Source: Octopus sinensis
Taxonomy: Eukaryota
Length of the DNA stretch: 64,000 nucleotides
Assembly (NCBI RefSeq): GCF_006345805.1
Contig: NC_043001.1
Location: 15,686,001 to 15,750,000, forward strand
Reading direction: 5' to 3'
The position numbers were made by a program, and so were the translations under genes. Positions 38,480 to 51,265 of the stretch are shown here, piece by piece. How positions within the stretch are numbered: the stretch's first letter is position 1; each line of letters begins with the position of its first letter. The notes under the pieces were generated by a model. That model saw nothing but the letters and a program-made list of their open reading frames with translations. It did not search any database and was not told where the DNA came from.

Positions 38480-38750
38480 ATAAGACAGGCTTCTTTCAGT
38501 TTCCGTCTTCCAGATTCACTCACAAAGCTTTGATCGACCCGAGGCTATAGTAGAAGACACTTGGTCAAGGTGTAGCGCAGAGGGACCGAACCCAGAACCA
38601 TGTGTCTGGGAAGCAAGCTTCTTACTGTGTGATGGGCTTCTTTCAGTTTCCTGTCGACGTGACGCTAAAGTAAAAGGACACTTGCCCAAGCGGTGACGCG
38701 GTGACCATGGGGTTGAGAAGCGAACTTCTTAAACCACACAGAGCGGCTGT
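38480..38750 (-). mobile_element. Two adjacent SINE B 5' halves (the second is older)
   Basis: ggcttctttcagtttc.., gacacttg..caagg, gaacc..ccatg motifs occur twice. Confidence 0.75.
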
Positions 38751-38879
38751 GATCAGACTTCGAGAGGGATGGGCTCCGTCGGATTGGAAATAACCAAGAC
38801 ACAATTCGTGAAAAGCAATGCTTTTAAGATTCCTACAAAATTTGGTGACATTAAATAATGTATTCCAAGACACACAATG

Positions 38880-38883
<4 letters not shown>

Positions 38884-38950
<67 letters not shown>
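38884..38950. repeat. (AAT)n microsatellite
   Basis: About 22 perfect units; explains the poly-L and poly-Y pseudo-ORFs. Confidence 0.98.
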
Positions 38951-38954
<4 letters not shown>

Positions 38955-39379
38955 GATGGAATGGTCACAAGTGGAACGCTTTTGAACGTGAGGGAAATAT
39001 AGGGCTAAATAGCAACACATGCAATGAAATGTAAATATGTGTTCAGTGGGGGGGTGATATGTAAATGTTAGAAAAAAAGGGGACCAGTTTGTTTAAGGAT
39101 AGTTTGTAAAAAAAGTGTTAAGGGTTTTGAAATGTTCAAACAGAAACCCACTTGCAATCCCCCCTACCCGCTACTATATATTTACCCCCCCAGGTCCTCC
39201 AGCCCCTATTCCCCATCACCACCTCTTTTTGTAAACTCGTCTGATCAAATGTGACCGGCGGTAAGAGAGAGAAGGAAAAACTGGATTTAAAGGTTTTTTT
39301 AGTAGGACCACTCCTTGCTTGGTTTTAATACCGTGTGTGATGTGTGTGTTAAATATTGCCTGTTGGAGACACACATACA

Positions 39380-39722
39380 TACCCAATGTGTGTGTGTGTG
39401 TGTGTGGTGTGTGTGTGTGTGTGTGTGTGTGTGCAAGCAACTGCATGCATATGTATTTGTATGAAAAGACAGTTGTAAATATGTAAGTAAAATATATTCA
39501 TACATTTATCTGAATATCGTGTGTATAAGACTTGTGTGTGTGTATGTGTGTGTCTATATAGAGATATGTGTGTTTGTGTGTGTGTGTGTGTATATATGTA
39601 TATATATACATACATACACACATATATATATATAAATATATATACATATATAAATATATATATATATACATATATACATATATAATATATATATACACTC
39701 ATATATATATATATATATACAC

Positions 39723-39753
<31 letters not shown>

Positions 39754-39922
39754 TATATAACACACATATATATATATATATATATACACATATGTATAAG
39801 AATGAATGTTTTTATATATAATGAACGTGAAATACAGGAAGGGACGAACACGGAACACAGACAAATCATTCGAAGCCTTCAATCTTCAGTCAGATTATAT
39901 ATACATACACATATATATACAC

Positions 39923-39955
<33 letters not shown>

Positions 39956-41085
39956 ACACACATTATTTATATATATATATACACATATATATTTGTGTGA
40001 ATGTGTGTGGAGGAAGAGGAAGGCGAGAGCGTGGTGTGGTGGGGGTTCTAAATGTATGTATAATGTATACACACTAACACACATCTCGAAATGTGTGGAA
40101 TCGCGTGTGTGTATGAATGAATGTATGTATGTATGTACGGTGTGTTTACCTGTATGTATAAATATGTATGTGGGAGTGTATGTTGATTGGAAGGTAGTTG
40201 TTTCTGAATAAATACAGTAAAATATTTAAAAAAAAAAAGAGAAAAAAAGGGAAGAGGGGCCAACTTTAAAAGAACCTTGTAACACCCACGCAACAGTAAG
40301 CTAGCTTTGGTGGTTGCGGTGGGGAATAACTAACACACACACACATACACACACGTAGACAAATAAACACAAACACATACACACAGAAGAAGACATACAC
40401 ACAGTCATTCAAAGAAACGCCCGCATAAACCCCCAGACACAAAGAGAAAAACACACACACACACACATATATATATATACACATCCATACACAAACACAC
40501 ACACACACACACAAATGCTAACGTAGGACACATGTGCGCGCGCACACAAACACAAGCATATAATTCTAGACACAGAAAAACACACACACACACACACACA
40601 GAGACACTTGCAAACACTGACATTTTACACACACACACAGGTAGACGCATGTATATATATATACTTACATATATAAACACGGATAGATCTAGACACATAC
40701 AGAAAAAAAAAACACACAGACGTGTGTATATATATATATATATATATGTAGGTCCCGGGTTGAGTAGAAGCTCCTTCTATAAAATAAAATATATATATAT
40801 ATATATATATTGTAATATACACACACACATATATATATACAGACGCACACACACACATATATATATACATATATATATACACATATATACAAATATATAT
40901 ATATATACACATATATACATATATATGTACATACATATCATACATATACACATATATATACACACACACATCATACATATACACATATATATACACACAC
41001 ACACACACACATATATATATACACACACACACATATATATATATACACATCCATACACAAACACACACACACACAGACACAAATA
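39380..41085. repeat. Extended (TG)n/(TA)n/(CA)n microsatellite field
   Basis: Direct reading; contains short unique islands, and 39830-39895 matches 18630-18675. Confidence 0.85.
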
Positions 41086-41344
41086 AGTACGCCACTGTAA
41101 ATGCCTTTGATGTCGTATTTTCATATTTGAAACCTTTTATCTTTTATCTGCTGCCCCAGTCGTTTAGCCCCAGGTCAACCTTGATCCTGTGAAGACAGAG
41201 CTACGATGGAAAGCTTTAAAGTCACCACTCCTCTATGTTTGAGTCTATCGAAAAAAAACTATCCTTCTGGATTCAAAGACGAGTAAAGACAGTCGTTTTG
41301 GCCTTTCAAAACGACTAACTCGTCTTAAATCCAGGAATGGCAGC

Positions 41345-41660
41345 AACAGATGTCAAACGAATGCTTTTAGAGAGGGCTGCCGAAAGTTAGCGAGAAGATC
41401 AAGCAAAGACGGCAGCAACATATCTGGTCAATGCGTGCGTCACCATAAGTGGAAGCATCCGAAACTGGTCTAATGGAACCCACTTTGCGGTGATGTAAAA
41501 AGAGAACAACATCGTCACAGGCCGACAACTTGATGGCAGTCACTGGCCTGGAACGTATCCAAGGACTCCTAGAGGCAGTCGTGATGGACCGAGAAGTGTG
41601 ACAGGTGGACTTTGTTGCTGTGGTCTGGGTTGGAACGCGGCAACAACAATAATAATAATG
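41345..41660 (+). mobile_element. Decayed RTE-like LINE 3' end
   Basis: Frames give LPKVSEKIKQRR and LEAVMDREV, resembling the RTE RT C-terminus; (caa)(taa)n tail. Confidence 0.6.
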
Positions 41661-42222
41661 CCCTGACGCAGTACCAGGCAGTGGCTCTCATGGCTTCTGA
41701 TCTTAACTGATTGGAAGTGTTATCATGTACATTGTTTTGTCTTGGTATAAAAGATGGGCTACAGCAAATATTCTGCTCAATACCACAGATTTGCTTGTCA
41801 GTTGCTTGATCTTAACCAGTTGACCATGTCTCTTAGTGTCTGACGATATGTGCATCTCTGATCACGAGCAGAAGTACTGGCGGGGAGCATCGTAGCTATG
41901 TGTTGAGAGGAATTCTTTGGAGTTTGAATAATTCACCTCTGGAAACATGGGTGGTTCTTTCAACATCCTTAAACAACCCTTATTCAGGGACCGATTGAGC
42001 GGATTGGGTTACTCGACCAGAAGAAAATTCTAACTGGGCCCCACCTGCAAGGTCATGTGCTGTTTATCTTGATGTAAGATCACCATGTCGCGCACACATG
42101 GTTGTGATGCATGTGCCTGGTGTCCCCTTATCAGACGGGTAGTCATGATGGGTATATTGGGCTTCGTATATTTTACCCCATTGTCACTTTGATGGCATGC
42201 ACTGCTCTCTCAATAATAATAA
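41661..42222 (+). other. Probable interspersed repeat ending in (AAT)n
   Basis: Non-coding, bounded by (aat)n on both sides; no second copy in this window. Confidence 0.35.
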
Positions 42223-42224
42223 TA

Positions 42225-42607
42225 ATATTTTCTACTCTAGGCACAAGGCCTGAAATTTTTGGAGAGGCGGACAGTCGCTTGTACACAACTGGTACTTAAT
42301 TTATCGACCCCGAAAGGATGACAGGCAAAGTCAACCTCGGTGTAATTTGAACACAGAACGTGACGGCAGACGAAATACCAATTTCTTTACTGTCCACAAG
42401 GGGCTAAACACAGAGGGGACAAACAAGGACAGACAAACGGATTAAATCGATTACAAAGATCAATGGATAGACAAGTTCTTATGCGTAACTGGTACTTATT
42501 TAATCGACCCCGAAAGGATGAAAGGCAAAATCAACCTCGGCGGAATTTGAACTTAGAACATAACAGCAGACGAAATACCACTAAGCATTTTGTCCGACGT
42601 GCTAACG
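42225..42607 (-). mobile_element. SINE A dimer
   Basis: Minus: head, body, long tail, junction aagaaatt|ggtatttcgtc (42380/42379), then short-tail unit. Confidence 0.9.
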
Positions 42608-42609
42608 AC

Positions 42610-42650
<41 letters not shown>

Positions 42651-43924
42651 TAATAATAACAATAATAATAATAAGAAGAAGAAGAATCCCTTCGATCTAT
42701 GGGAGCAAGACCTGAAATTTGGCAGGAGGGGTCTGGTCGACTATGACGACCCCAGTCCTACACTGGCACAAGGAGAAGAATATATATTTTCTAAACGTTT
42801 AACTACGAAAATCCTTTCCTAAGATTTGTCAATCAAAGTACACTTGTGATTTGTTTGTATGTTGGTATGTTTTCCTGGCTATCTGGTTTCCGATCTCTCT
42901 ATATATATCGATCGATCAATCTGGCAATCTATTTATTTAGTTATCCACTTACTAGATAGATAAAGGGACAGATTTCGATCTCGGGCGAGGGAAATAAAAT
43001 TAAGAAAATGAACTTCAACAAACCCACGTTCACACACAAACACACACACACACACATCCAGAGTGGACAGTGATTGGTTACAATAATGGTCAAAGATCTG
43101 GGCCAGATTTCGAAACCGGAATAAAACAAACGAAATGTGACCCAAACCAGTTCAAGCATAACGCACCATGACACGGTTACACCGGAAATTGACAAATACA
43201 GCGCATGTATATATATATATATACACGCACACAAAACACACACGCCGTATGTATATACATACCCACGCAGAGAGGGGTAGAGAGAGCTGGACTGTATTCT
43301 AAGAAGTTTTAATATATAACCTTGTGTGAGAGCGAACGTACAATAAAGTGGTGGGAGGTGAAAGTATGGCGGTTGTGGTAGAGGGCGCTGCTGAAGTTAA
43401 TTATAATAGGCATTATAGCTTGAACCTAATGTGAAAGGATATGGGGCTTTAATTAAAAGGCCTTAATTAAAGGGGATTTAGAGTCAATTCAATGTGAACT
43501 TTATGAGAGTGAGGTTTGTTCGCCGGAAGTGAAATGGGAATCGGAAGTGAGTGTGGAAACAACGTGAGAGTTAAATATTTAATGTGTGTGCGCACACACA
43601 CACACACACATATATATGTGGCATACACATACGTACATACATACATAGATGCATACGATGTATACATATGTGTACTTTATTTCTATGGTTGCTCTGCAAG
43701 TGAGTTTCGACCACGCAGGAGCATCGGCTTTGAGATTTGTTTAGATCATCCGATATCGATATTAATACAGATCTATAGCTTGATTTCATCCTAAATCTCT
43801 CTCATCATGGGATGATGTGGGACTAAACACTTAGCGGTTACCTGAGCCGACGGCGGGAGAAAAAAAAAACCTGTGTGATTCATATATTTACAAACCTTTC
43901 ACGATATACATACATACACACACA

Positions 43925-44035
<111 letters not shown>

Positions 44036-44039
44036 ACTA

Positions 44040-44205
44040 CACATCCTTTATTTTCTCTCCTTGTTTCTTTCTGTGTTCCCTTCTGTGGAAGATCGTAGGC
44101 TCGAAACGTTAAAGACTTTTTAACTTCCCGAGCGTTATACTAATACATCTATTTGTTGTCTACACCACCTGTCTTCGTCTTTTGGTTTTATTCTTGTGAA
44201 TCCCC
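44040..44205 (+). mobile_element. Second copy of the 38.3-kb pLTR-like module with a degenerate hammerhead
   Basis: CTGTGGA-a-gatc gtag gctc-GAAA-cg-TT-aaagac at 44083-44116. Confidence 0.55.
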
Positions 44206-44241
44206 CCCCCATATATATATATATATATATATATATTATAC

Positions 44242-44275
<34 letters not shown>

Positions 44276-44592
44276 CAATAAGAAAATGGAGGAGATCAAC
44301 AGGTGGTTCATCAACTTTTAGACAACATATTATATTATGTCAACTTATTAATTTATTTATTTACCAAAATGACAATTACAACAATATACATACATGTATA
44401 ACATATTATGCTTTACATATATAATATATAAAGATACCAGTAATTATTACAATATAACATACAGGAATATAAATTGGGAAAATATCTTACAGCTGTTTCA
44501 GCCAAGAGGCAAAAATACCTCATTCTACCTTTATTCCTCCAGTATATATATACTTACTCTTCCTTTTGACTCTTAATTTTTACTTCATAATA

Positions 44593-44637
<45 letters not shown>

Positions 44638-44733
44638 TATTATATATATATTAGTAAAACGGTAAGATAACAAAAGAAAGAAAGAGACCTCAATATTATG
44701 TAGATAGAGGAAATTTATCTATACAATTATATG

Positions 44734-44916
44734 TTACATTACTCGATAGTCAAGATAAAACTCTGAGTTTCAGGTGCCGAAGTGGGAATCCACGATATCT
44801 CTTCGGTTATTTGGCTATTTGAAAACCTCAAATAGCCAGATAACCGAAGAGATGTCGTGGATTCCCACTTCGGCACCTGAAACTCAGAGTTTTATCTTGA
44901 CTATCGAGTAATGTAA
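44734..44916. ncRNA. 89-bp-arm hairpin with a hammerhead motif in each arm
   Basis: Arms 44734-44822 and 44828-44916 with 2 mismatches; plus strand agataa-CCGAAGA-stem II-GAAA-ctc a gag-TT-ttatct (44838-44897). Confidence 0.7.
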
Positions 44917-44920
44917 TATA

Positions 44921-44990
<70 letters not shown>

Positions 44991-45993
44991 TCAAGAAGAA
45001 AAGTGACTTCGAAGTTTCACCCAGCTAAGCTATCCTCTTGTTAAAGAATAATAAATTCGTATTCTACAAAACTGTGGAGTAATCCTTCAGATTAACGCAA
45101 ACTTGTTTTTATTCTATCTGAACATAAAAACATTAGTGTGTGTGCGTGCGCACGCTCATTATACACGCATGAAATCCTTTAATTGAACCCTTATGCATAT
45201 CCTTGACCGCACAACACATCGAGAAAGAGAGAGAGAAGCTGAAAAGATGGCTGTATGATATTTAAAGGGGAAACAGGTGACGAAGACGAGAGTGGAAGGA
45301 GGAGGGGGAGGAGGAGGGGGCGAAAAGAAAGGACCACAATAAGATGTTGATGGCCAATTTGAGAACAAAAGCGCACAGCCATAAATCTCCACGCCCCCCC
45401 CCACCCACACACATACATACACATACGCACATCGTATATACACTCAGAATATGTATATAGTGACATACACCCGGCGAACAGAGAGCTGTGGTCTCCAACG
45501 ACAATCCAATGTTCTCTGAAGTTTCGGTCCAAAGGAAAGACAAAATAAAATGTTAGGGGTCTTTTAGTTGTGTTGCTCTAGTAATAACTTCTGGTGACAG
45601 GGAACGGGGGGAATAAAACGGGGTCAATGATTTATTTTTAAGGCACTACACTCGCCCATATAAAGTGTGAACGTCCTGATAGCAAAGAGATTGCTTGCTG
45701 TATTCGATGTTGTTTTAGTAACAAGTTGTCGGCAACGGTTTTAATATACGAGAGTTAAGAGCCGCGGCAAAGATTAATGGACAGACAAGTTCTTATGCCG
45801 CATGGTCCAGTGCGTGTGTTTGTTATTGGCACAATGCCCCTCCCAAGATACGACAGAATCTGTTTCAAAAGAAGGTTTCACATCAAGGATCTTGTAATTC
45901 AAAATAATGAAATGAATGAATAACATGGATGAACAAAATCGTTAGAGCCATTGGATAATAACGCTAAGTTATTACACACACACATACACACAC

Positions 45994-46150
45994 AACGGGC
46001 TTCTTTCAGTTTCCGTCTACTAAATCCAGTCACAAGGTTTTGGCCAGCCCGCGGATATAATAGAAAACACTTGCCATGCAGTTGAATTGAACCCGAAAAC
46101 ATTTAGTTGGTAAGCAAGTTACTTACCATACAGCCACACCTGCGCCTATA
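45994..46150 (-). mobile_element. SINE B 5' half
   Basis: Reverse complement begins ataggcgcaggtgtggctgtatggtaag. Confidence 0.85.
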
Positions 46151-46435
46151 TATATACACATAACTTTGATAGGTTTCAGCCACTATAGGCCCAGGCTCTA
46201 TAGGCCAAGACTCTGTGTTTGGAATGACCATTTATAAAGCGACACTGGAACCCACACACAAGGTACATGAAATTTATATATACACCATTCTGCTCAAATA
46301 ATGGAACTGCGGATACAACATCCTTACGTATTTCGCTTCTGTTTTCCTTCCTCCACTTCACTCTGTATTTCATTTCTTCTCTATAATAAAGAATATTCCC
46401 CTTCATTGTTCCATCTACTCCGCGTTGGGATGCTA

Positions 46436-46638
46436 TTAGCACGCCGGGCGAAATGCGTAGCCGTATTTCGTCTGTCGTTACGTTCTGAGTTCAAATTCCG
46501 CCGAGGTCGACTTTGCCTTTCATCCTTTCGGGGTCGATAAATTAAGAACCAGTTACGCACTGGGATCGATGTACGACTTAATCCCTTTGTTTGTCCTTGT
46601 TTGTCCCCTCTGGGTTTAGCCTCTTGTGGGTAATAAAG

Positions 46639-46650
<12 letters not shown>
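46436..46650 (+). mobile_element. SINE A
   Basis: Body, B-box and long tail, followed by poly-A and (TA)n. Confidence 0.9.
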
Positions 46651-46671
<21 letters not shown>

Positions 46672-46673
46672 TA

Positions 46674-46797
46674 TGAGGTATACTTGCCATCTCAAGTGTG
46701 CCTAAAGCCAGCTGGAGACAATGTTCTCCTGGGGCTACAAGCTACAGTAACACCCACCCTTAGTGGTTAGCCATATTGAGATGGCAAGTATACCTCA
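46674..46797. mobile_element. Small MITE-like element with perfect 22-bp terminal inverted repeat
   Basis: tgaggtatacttgccatctcaa / ttgagatggcaagtatacctca. Confidence 0.7.
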
Positions 46798-46959
46798 CAT
46801 TATCGTGCAGTTACTGTTTATACCTCGTTCAGAGATTTATTATTGCTTATATATATATAAATTTATATAAATAAGGATAAGATCGATATTTAAATACCGA
46901 TCTTATCAGGTGGCCAGCATGGGAATAAAAACCTTCAAAGGTAATAATTATTTAAAATT

Positions 46960-47099
46960 ATAATTTAGGGTATCCACGCTGGAAATAGCAATCAAAACTT
47001 GACTCTAAAACCACATTAAATGTTCATGAACATGAGTGAGGTTTTGACTGCTATTTCCAGGGTGGAGGTATGTCTTAGATACCCTAAATTATAATTATA

Positions 47100-47100
<1 letters not shown>
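46960..47100. repeat. Fold-back module adjacent to (TA)n
   Basis: attataatttagggtatc / gataccctaaattataat and ctggaaatagcaatcaaaac / gttttgactgctatttccag. Confidence 0.8.
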
Positions 47101-47136
<36 letters not shown>

Positions 47137-48370
47137 GTAAAAGGGTTATGGACTTGAGGGAGATTTGACTGTTATTTCTAGCAAGGAGTTGGACCTATAA
47201 TAAGGTCCCTTTCTTGAGTTGTTTTTGTTGTTATTATTATTATTTTTGCTGTTGATGAAGTTGTTATTGATGACATATTCATCATAATGCTGTTCACGTT
47301 ATTGTGGCTGTTGTTCGCCATTATCCTGGCCTGTCGTCTGTTGCTTTCCATTCTGCTGTTCTCGTTCTTTTTGTTGTCGTCGACACATCTTCAAAGTGAA
47401 GAAGCTGCCATCTTAAGATGAAGTGATACAGGTGTTTATACCACTTTACAAAGTCTCCCGGAGCGAAATTGTCTGTCTGGGACATCTGTGTGTGTTTATG
47501 TGTGTGTATGTGTTTTGTATGTAAAGTGTCTCTACTAAATATTGGGTGTATATATATATATATATATAAATATATATATAAGTATGTATGTTGTATACAC
47601 ATGTCGGTTTACAAAAGGCAGTATGTATGTATATAGTTTTGCGTAGGTGTATATTATGAGACTGTGTGTTTCTAGTAAGAGTATTATACATTGTGTGTGT
47701 GTGTATATATTGTATGTGTTTTGTGCGTATATGTCTGTTTGTAAAGGCGTGTATATGTGTGATGCGTAGGTGTATGTATTGTGAGAATGTGTCGTCTGCG
47801 TGCGTGTGTGTGTGTGTGTGTGTTGTGTTAACGAAGGAGAAACTGTTTTATGAGAGCAAAAGGTCAGAGGGTAAAGGAAGAGGGCAGACGACACAAAAAA
47901 TAACCACGTATAGAGATAGAGAGAAGGGGGGGAGAGAAATGAAAGAAGACGAGAGAGGGGGAGTAAAAAAAAGACAGGTTGTGTGTATGGGGTGAGAGAA
48001 GGGGTGGAAGAGCGGAGGATCCTTAAAACTTCTCTTAACAGGTAAAAAGAAATGATACAGCTGAGTAGAGGCTCCTTTTATAATGGAGTTAAAACATGAT
48101 GAGGATGGCGGTGAAACGGGTTAGGCGCTTGGCGGTGGTGGAGGGATAAGAGCTTGGCGGTGATGGTGGTGGTGGAATAGATTAAAGAAAGACTGGCTTG
48201 TTGCTTAACCCCTCCCTTCAACCAGTTTGACTTTGACTGGACAGTCCTATGTATGATCCAAGACAATCCATCCGTGAGAATCTCGTCTTTCAGATACAGT
48301 GTATGTAGCACTTGTATTTCCAATACATGGCCACCATTTTTCTTTCCTGGTTCTTCGTATAAAAACAGAC

Positions 48371-48530
48371 GTGGCTGTGTGGTAAAGAAGCTTGCTTCCC
48401 AACCACATGGTTCCGGGTTCAGTCTCACTGTGTGGCACCTTAGGCAAGTGCTTACTTACTCCTATATAGCCTCGGGTTAACCAAAGCCTTGTGAGTGGAT
48501 TTGGTAGTCGGAAACTGAAAGAAGCCCGTC
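48371..48530 (+). mobile_element. SINE B 5' half
   Basis: A-box, B-box and central motif. Confidence 0.88.
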
Positions 48531-48795
48531 TGTTGTCGCTTTTTGGCTGGAAGTTGGTCTATAATTGAGTTCGTAGCAGTTTGATCTTCCAGTGTATCCT
48601 TGAATGATTTGGAAGGCCCGGAAAAAATTGATATATACAGTTCATGTGAAGATTGTACAGCAGCAAACTTCACGTGACCCCTGGACACACGGATAAAAAA
48701 AAAGACACTTGCCCAAGGTACCGGTGCTCGCAACGCGAATCGATCCATAGGACATGCGGTTAGAAAGGAAGTTCGCTACGGCAGGACCGCGACCA

Positions 48796-48828
<33 letters not shown>

Positions 48829-49162
48829 CAGCAGTAGTAGTAGCAGTGATGGTGGTGGGTGGTAATGAATTAAGATCGTTAAAAGAACCTGTTTAGTTTC
48901 TTTTTGCTTGTTTTGTTTTTGTTGGGTTTTTTTCGCGACCCCCTTTTCGCCATCCATCCCGCCATCACCCCTTCGTTTCCCTACAAACGACAACATTTGG
49001 CAATTATAACGCACACGCGCATGCGCGCGCAACGGCGTCCCCGCAAAAAAAAAAAAGTGATGGTTGGGACTTTAAAAAAACACACCTGTTATTATCTTAT
49101 AGATTAAAAACATGGAACGGCAGACGTGACAGAGCGCCGTACTACATGTTTCACAGATTTCA

Positions 49163-49569
49163 TACCCTACCCCCTCTCTTACCCCTTTGCTTGTTTTAAG
49201 ATCAGTGGTTCGCAATCGGGATCCATTATGACCCCTGGGGTGCAGGAGTCCTCCACGCAAGCAAAATAGTACCCTACCCCTCTCTTACCCCTTTGCTTGT
49301 TTTAAGATCAGTGGTTCGCAATCGGGATCCATTATGACCCTAGGGGGCAGGAGTCCTCCACGCAAGCAAAATAGTACCCTACCCTTCTCTTACCCCTTTG
49401 CTTGTTTTAAGATCAGTGGTTCGCAATCGGGATCCATTATGACCCCTGGGGGCAGGAGTCCTCCACGCAAGCAAAATAGTACCCTACCCCTCTCTTACCC
49501 CTTAGCTTGTTTTAAGATCAGTGGTTCGCAATCGGAATCCATTATGACCACTGCGGGGGCAGGGGTCCT
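49163..49569 (+). repeat. Tandem repeat of about 105 bp (three full units and an interrupted fourth) containing a hAT MITE left end
   Basis: Units start at 49163, 49270, 49375 and 49480; each contains cagtggttcgcaatcggg. Confidence 0.95.
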
Positions 49570-49989
49570 AGATCTTTTCGGTTTGAACGGCAGTTTTTTA
49601 AAAATAATTTCCACGTAACTAAACACTTTTAAACTTCGTATACTGGAAGAATGTGTTTATAAAACATCTTTTTCTCTTGGCTTTATTGAGAAAATTCTAG
49701 AGTTTGTAAGATATTGGTTGTTGTTGTTTTTCTTCAATTTCTGTAATTTCAACCAATCAATGACGTCTATTGAGGTAAAAAACATTCTGTGCCGTATGAA
49801 AATGTCCGTCGTTTAAGAAACAGATTGGGTTTATTTACATTTGTGAAGCAAAAAAATACCCTTCCCCAACCTCTAACCTTAACCCTAAAATAGATTGAAA
49901 TGCAATAGATCGATACTAGGGTCATAATTATGGGTGACAATTTCATATGACAACGCAAGAAAAAACTGCCGTTCAAACCGAAAAGATCC
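49570..49989. mobile_element. Merlin-like MITE
   Basis: TIR (a/g)gatcttttcggtttgaacggcagttttt; perfect 8-bp TSD ggggtcct at 49562-49569 and 49990-49997. Confidence 0.8.
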
Positions 49990-50519
49990 GGGGTCCTCCA
50001 CGCAAACAAAATAGTAAATTTGGGATCTAAAGTAGCATTTATCCAATGACTGAAACAAGCAAGAGAGTAAGCAGAAACACAGAGGGCGCTGTACTGATTG
50101 GAATCCCTAAAGAACTGCAATACTTAATCACGTCTCTCTATCAGTTCTGGGTTCATTTTAGGAGTCCAGAAAATAGAATATCGTACATTGCGATAATTAG
50201 TATAAAAACTCCAATTTATTGAGATTCCCTATGCAATTACTAAATAAAATCTCCCTCAATGGAGTACGTTAAAAAGGCCTGCGAACCCTGCTTATTAATC
50301 CACCAATCCTCCTTGATCCCAAGGGATTGCCAACTATCAAAGTGAATAGGTTAAGCTCGAACCCACGCTCATTCGCTTTATGTCCTATCTGGTCACAAAG
50401 TGCACTTCAGTTTTTTTTTTTTTAAATCTGATTAAACGTTTAATGTTCTAGAAAAGATCAATTAAATGCATATTTATATATTTCCAATAGAAATCATCTC
50501 CAATTTCTTAAATGAATTA

Positions 50520-50760
50520 TTCTGTTGTATCTGGGGAGAGTTATTTTCTTTTTGTGCCTTATAATTTAACACACTCACCGGTAAAATTTCCACTTATTTC
50601 TTTTTTATTTTCCTAAAATTTTCGTTGCGTCTTGCAACCTTTTCAATAGTCGTTAAATTAAAAGGCACCAAAAGAGAATGACTCACTCCAGACACAAAAG
50701 AATATGCTTCAACACACGAACTCACATAAAGAATCTTGCAAACCAAATCCCAAAACGAAA
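50520..50760. repeat. Internally deleted relative of the 25.5-kb palindrome family
   Basis: Left arm is nearly identical to 25450-25580 up to ttcaatagtc, then jumps to the right-arm/tail sequence, which is also seen at about 3610-3695. Confidence 0.85.
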
Positions 50761-50987
50761 AGAATTATTGTTTTCTGTTAAATATTCTGATGTAAAAGCA
50801 ACAGAAAATATACATTTTAAAAGCATTCATTTTAAAACCGTTGTGATATTGAATTTACACTGGTCTCTGGTTTGAAGATCCCTTCCGCCCCTTTGTCCCT
50901 TTCACAAGTTTCTGAGGCCCTTCAAAGGGCCATTGGCAATGTCTTATCTCCTAATTCAAATGTAAAAAAAAAGAGAAAGAAATGTAT

Positions 50988-51265
50988 AAGCCTTGTGAGT
51001 GGATATGGTAAATGGAAACTGAAAGAAACCCGTCATATATGTATGTATGTATATCTATGTCTGTGTATGTCTCCAACCACCGCTTGATAACCGGTGGTGG
51101 TGTGTTTGCATCCCCGTAACTTGGCGGTTCGGCGAAAGTAAGAGCGATTGAATAGGTACCAGGCTTGAAAATAAGTACTGGGATCGATTCATTCGACTAA
51201 AAATTCAAGGCGGTGCTCCAGCATGGCCGCAGTCAAATGACTGAAACAAGTAAAAGGTAAAAGAT
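50988..51265 (+). mobile_element. 5'-truncated SINE B
   Basis: Central and tail motifs. Confidence 0.85.

Noticed and set aside
44795-44855. Both arm mismatches are A/G, suggesting retro-copied A-to-I edits
   Set aside because: Only two sites; other hairpins (25.5 and 34.2 kb) show different changes, so ordinary transitions suffice.
49163-49569. CRISPR-like regular repeat
   Set aside because: No unique spacers, eukaryotic context, no cas genes; it is a tandem repeat.
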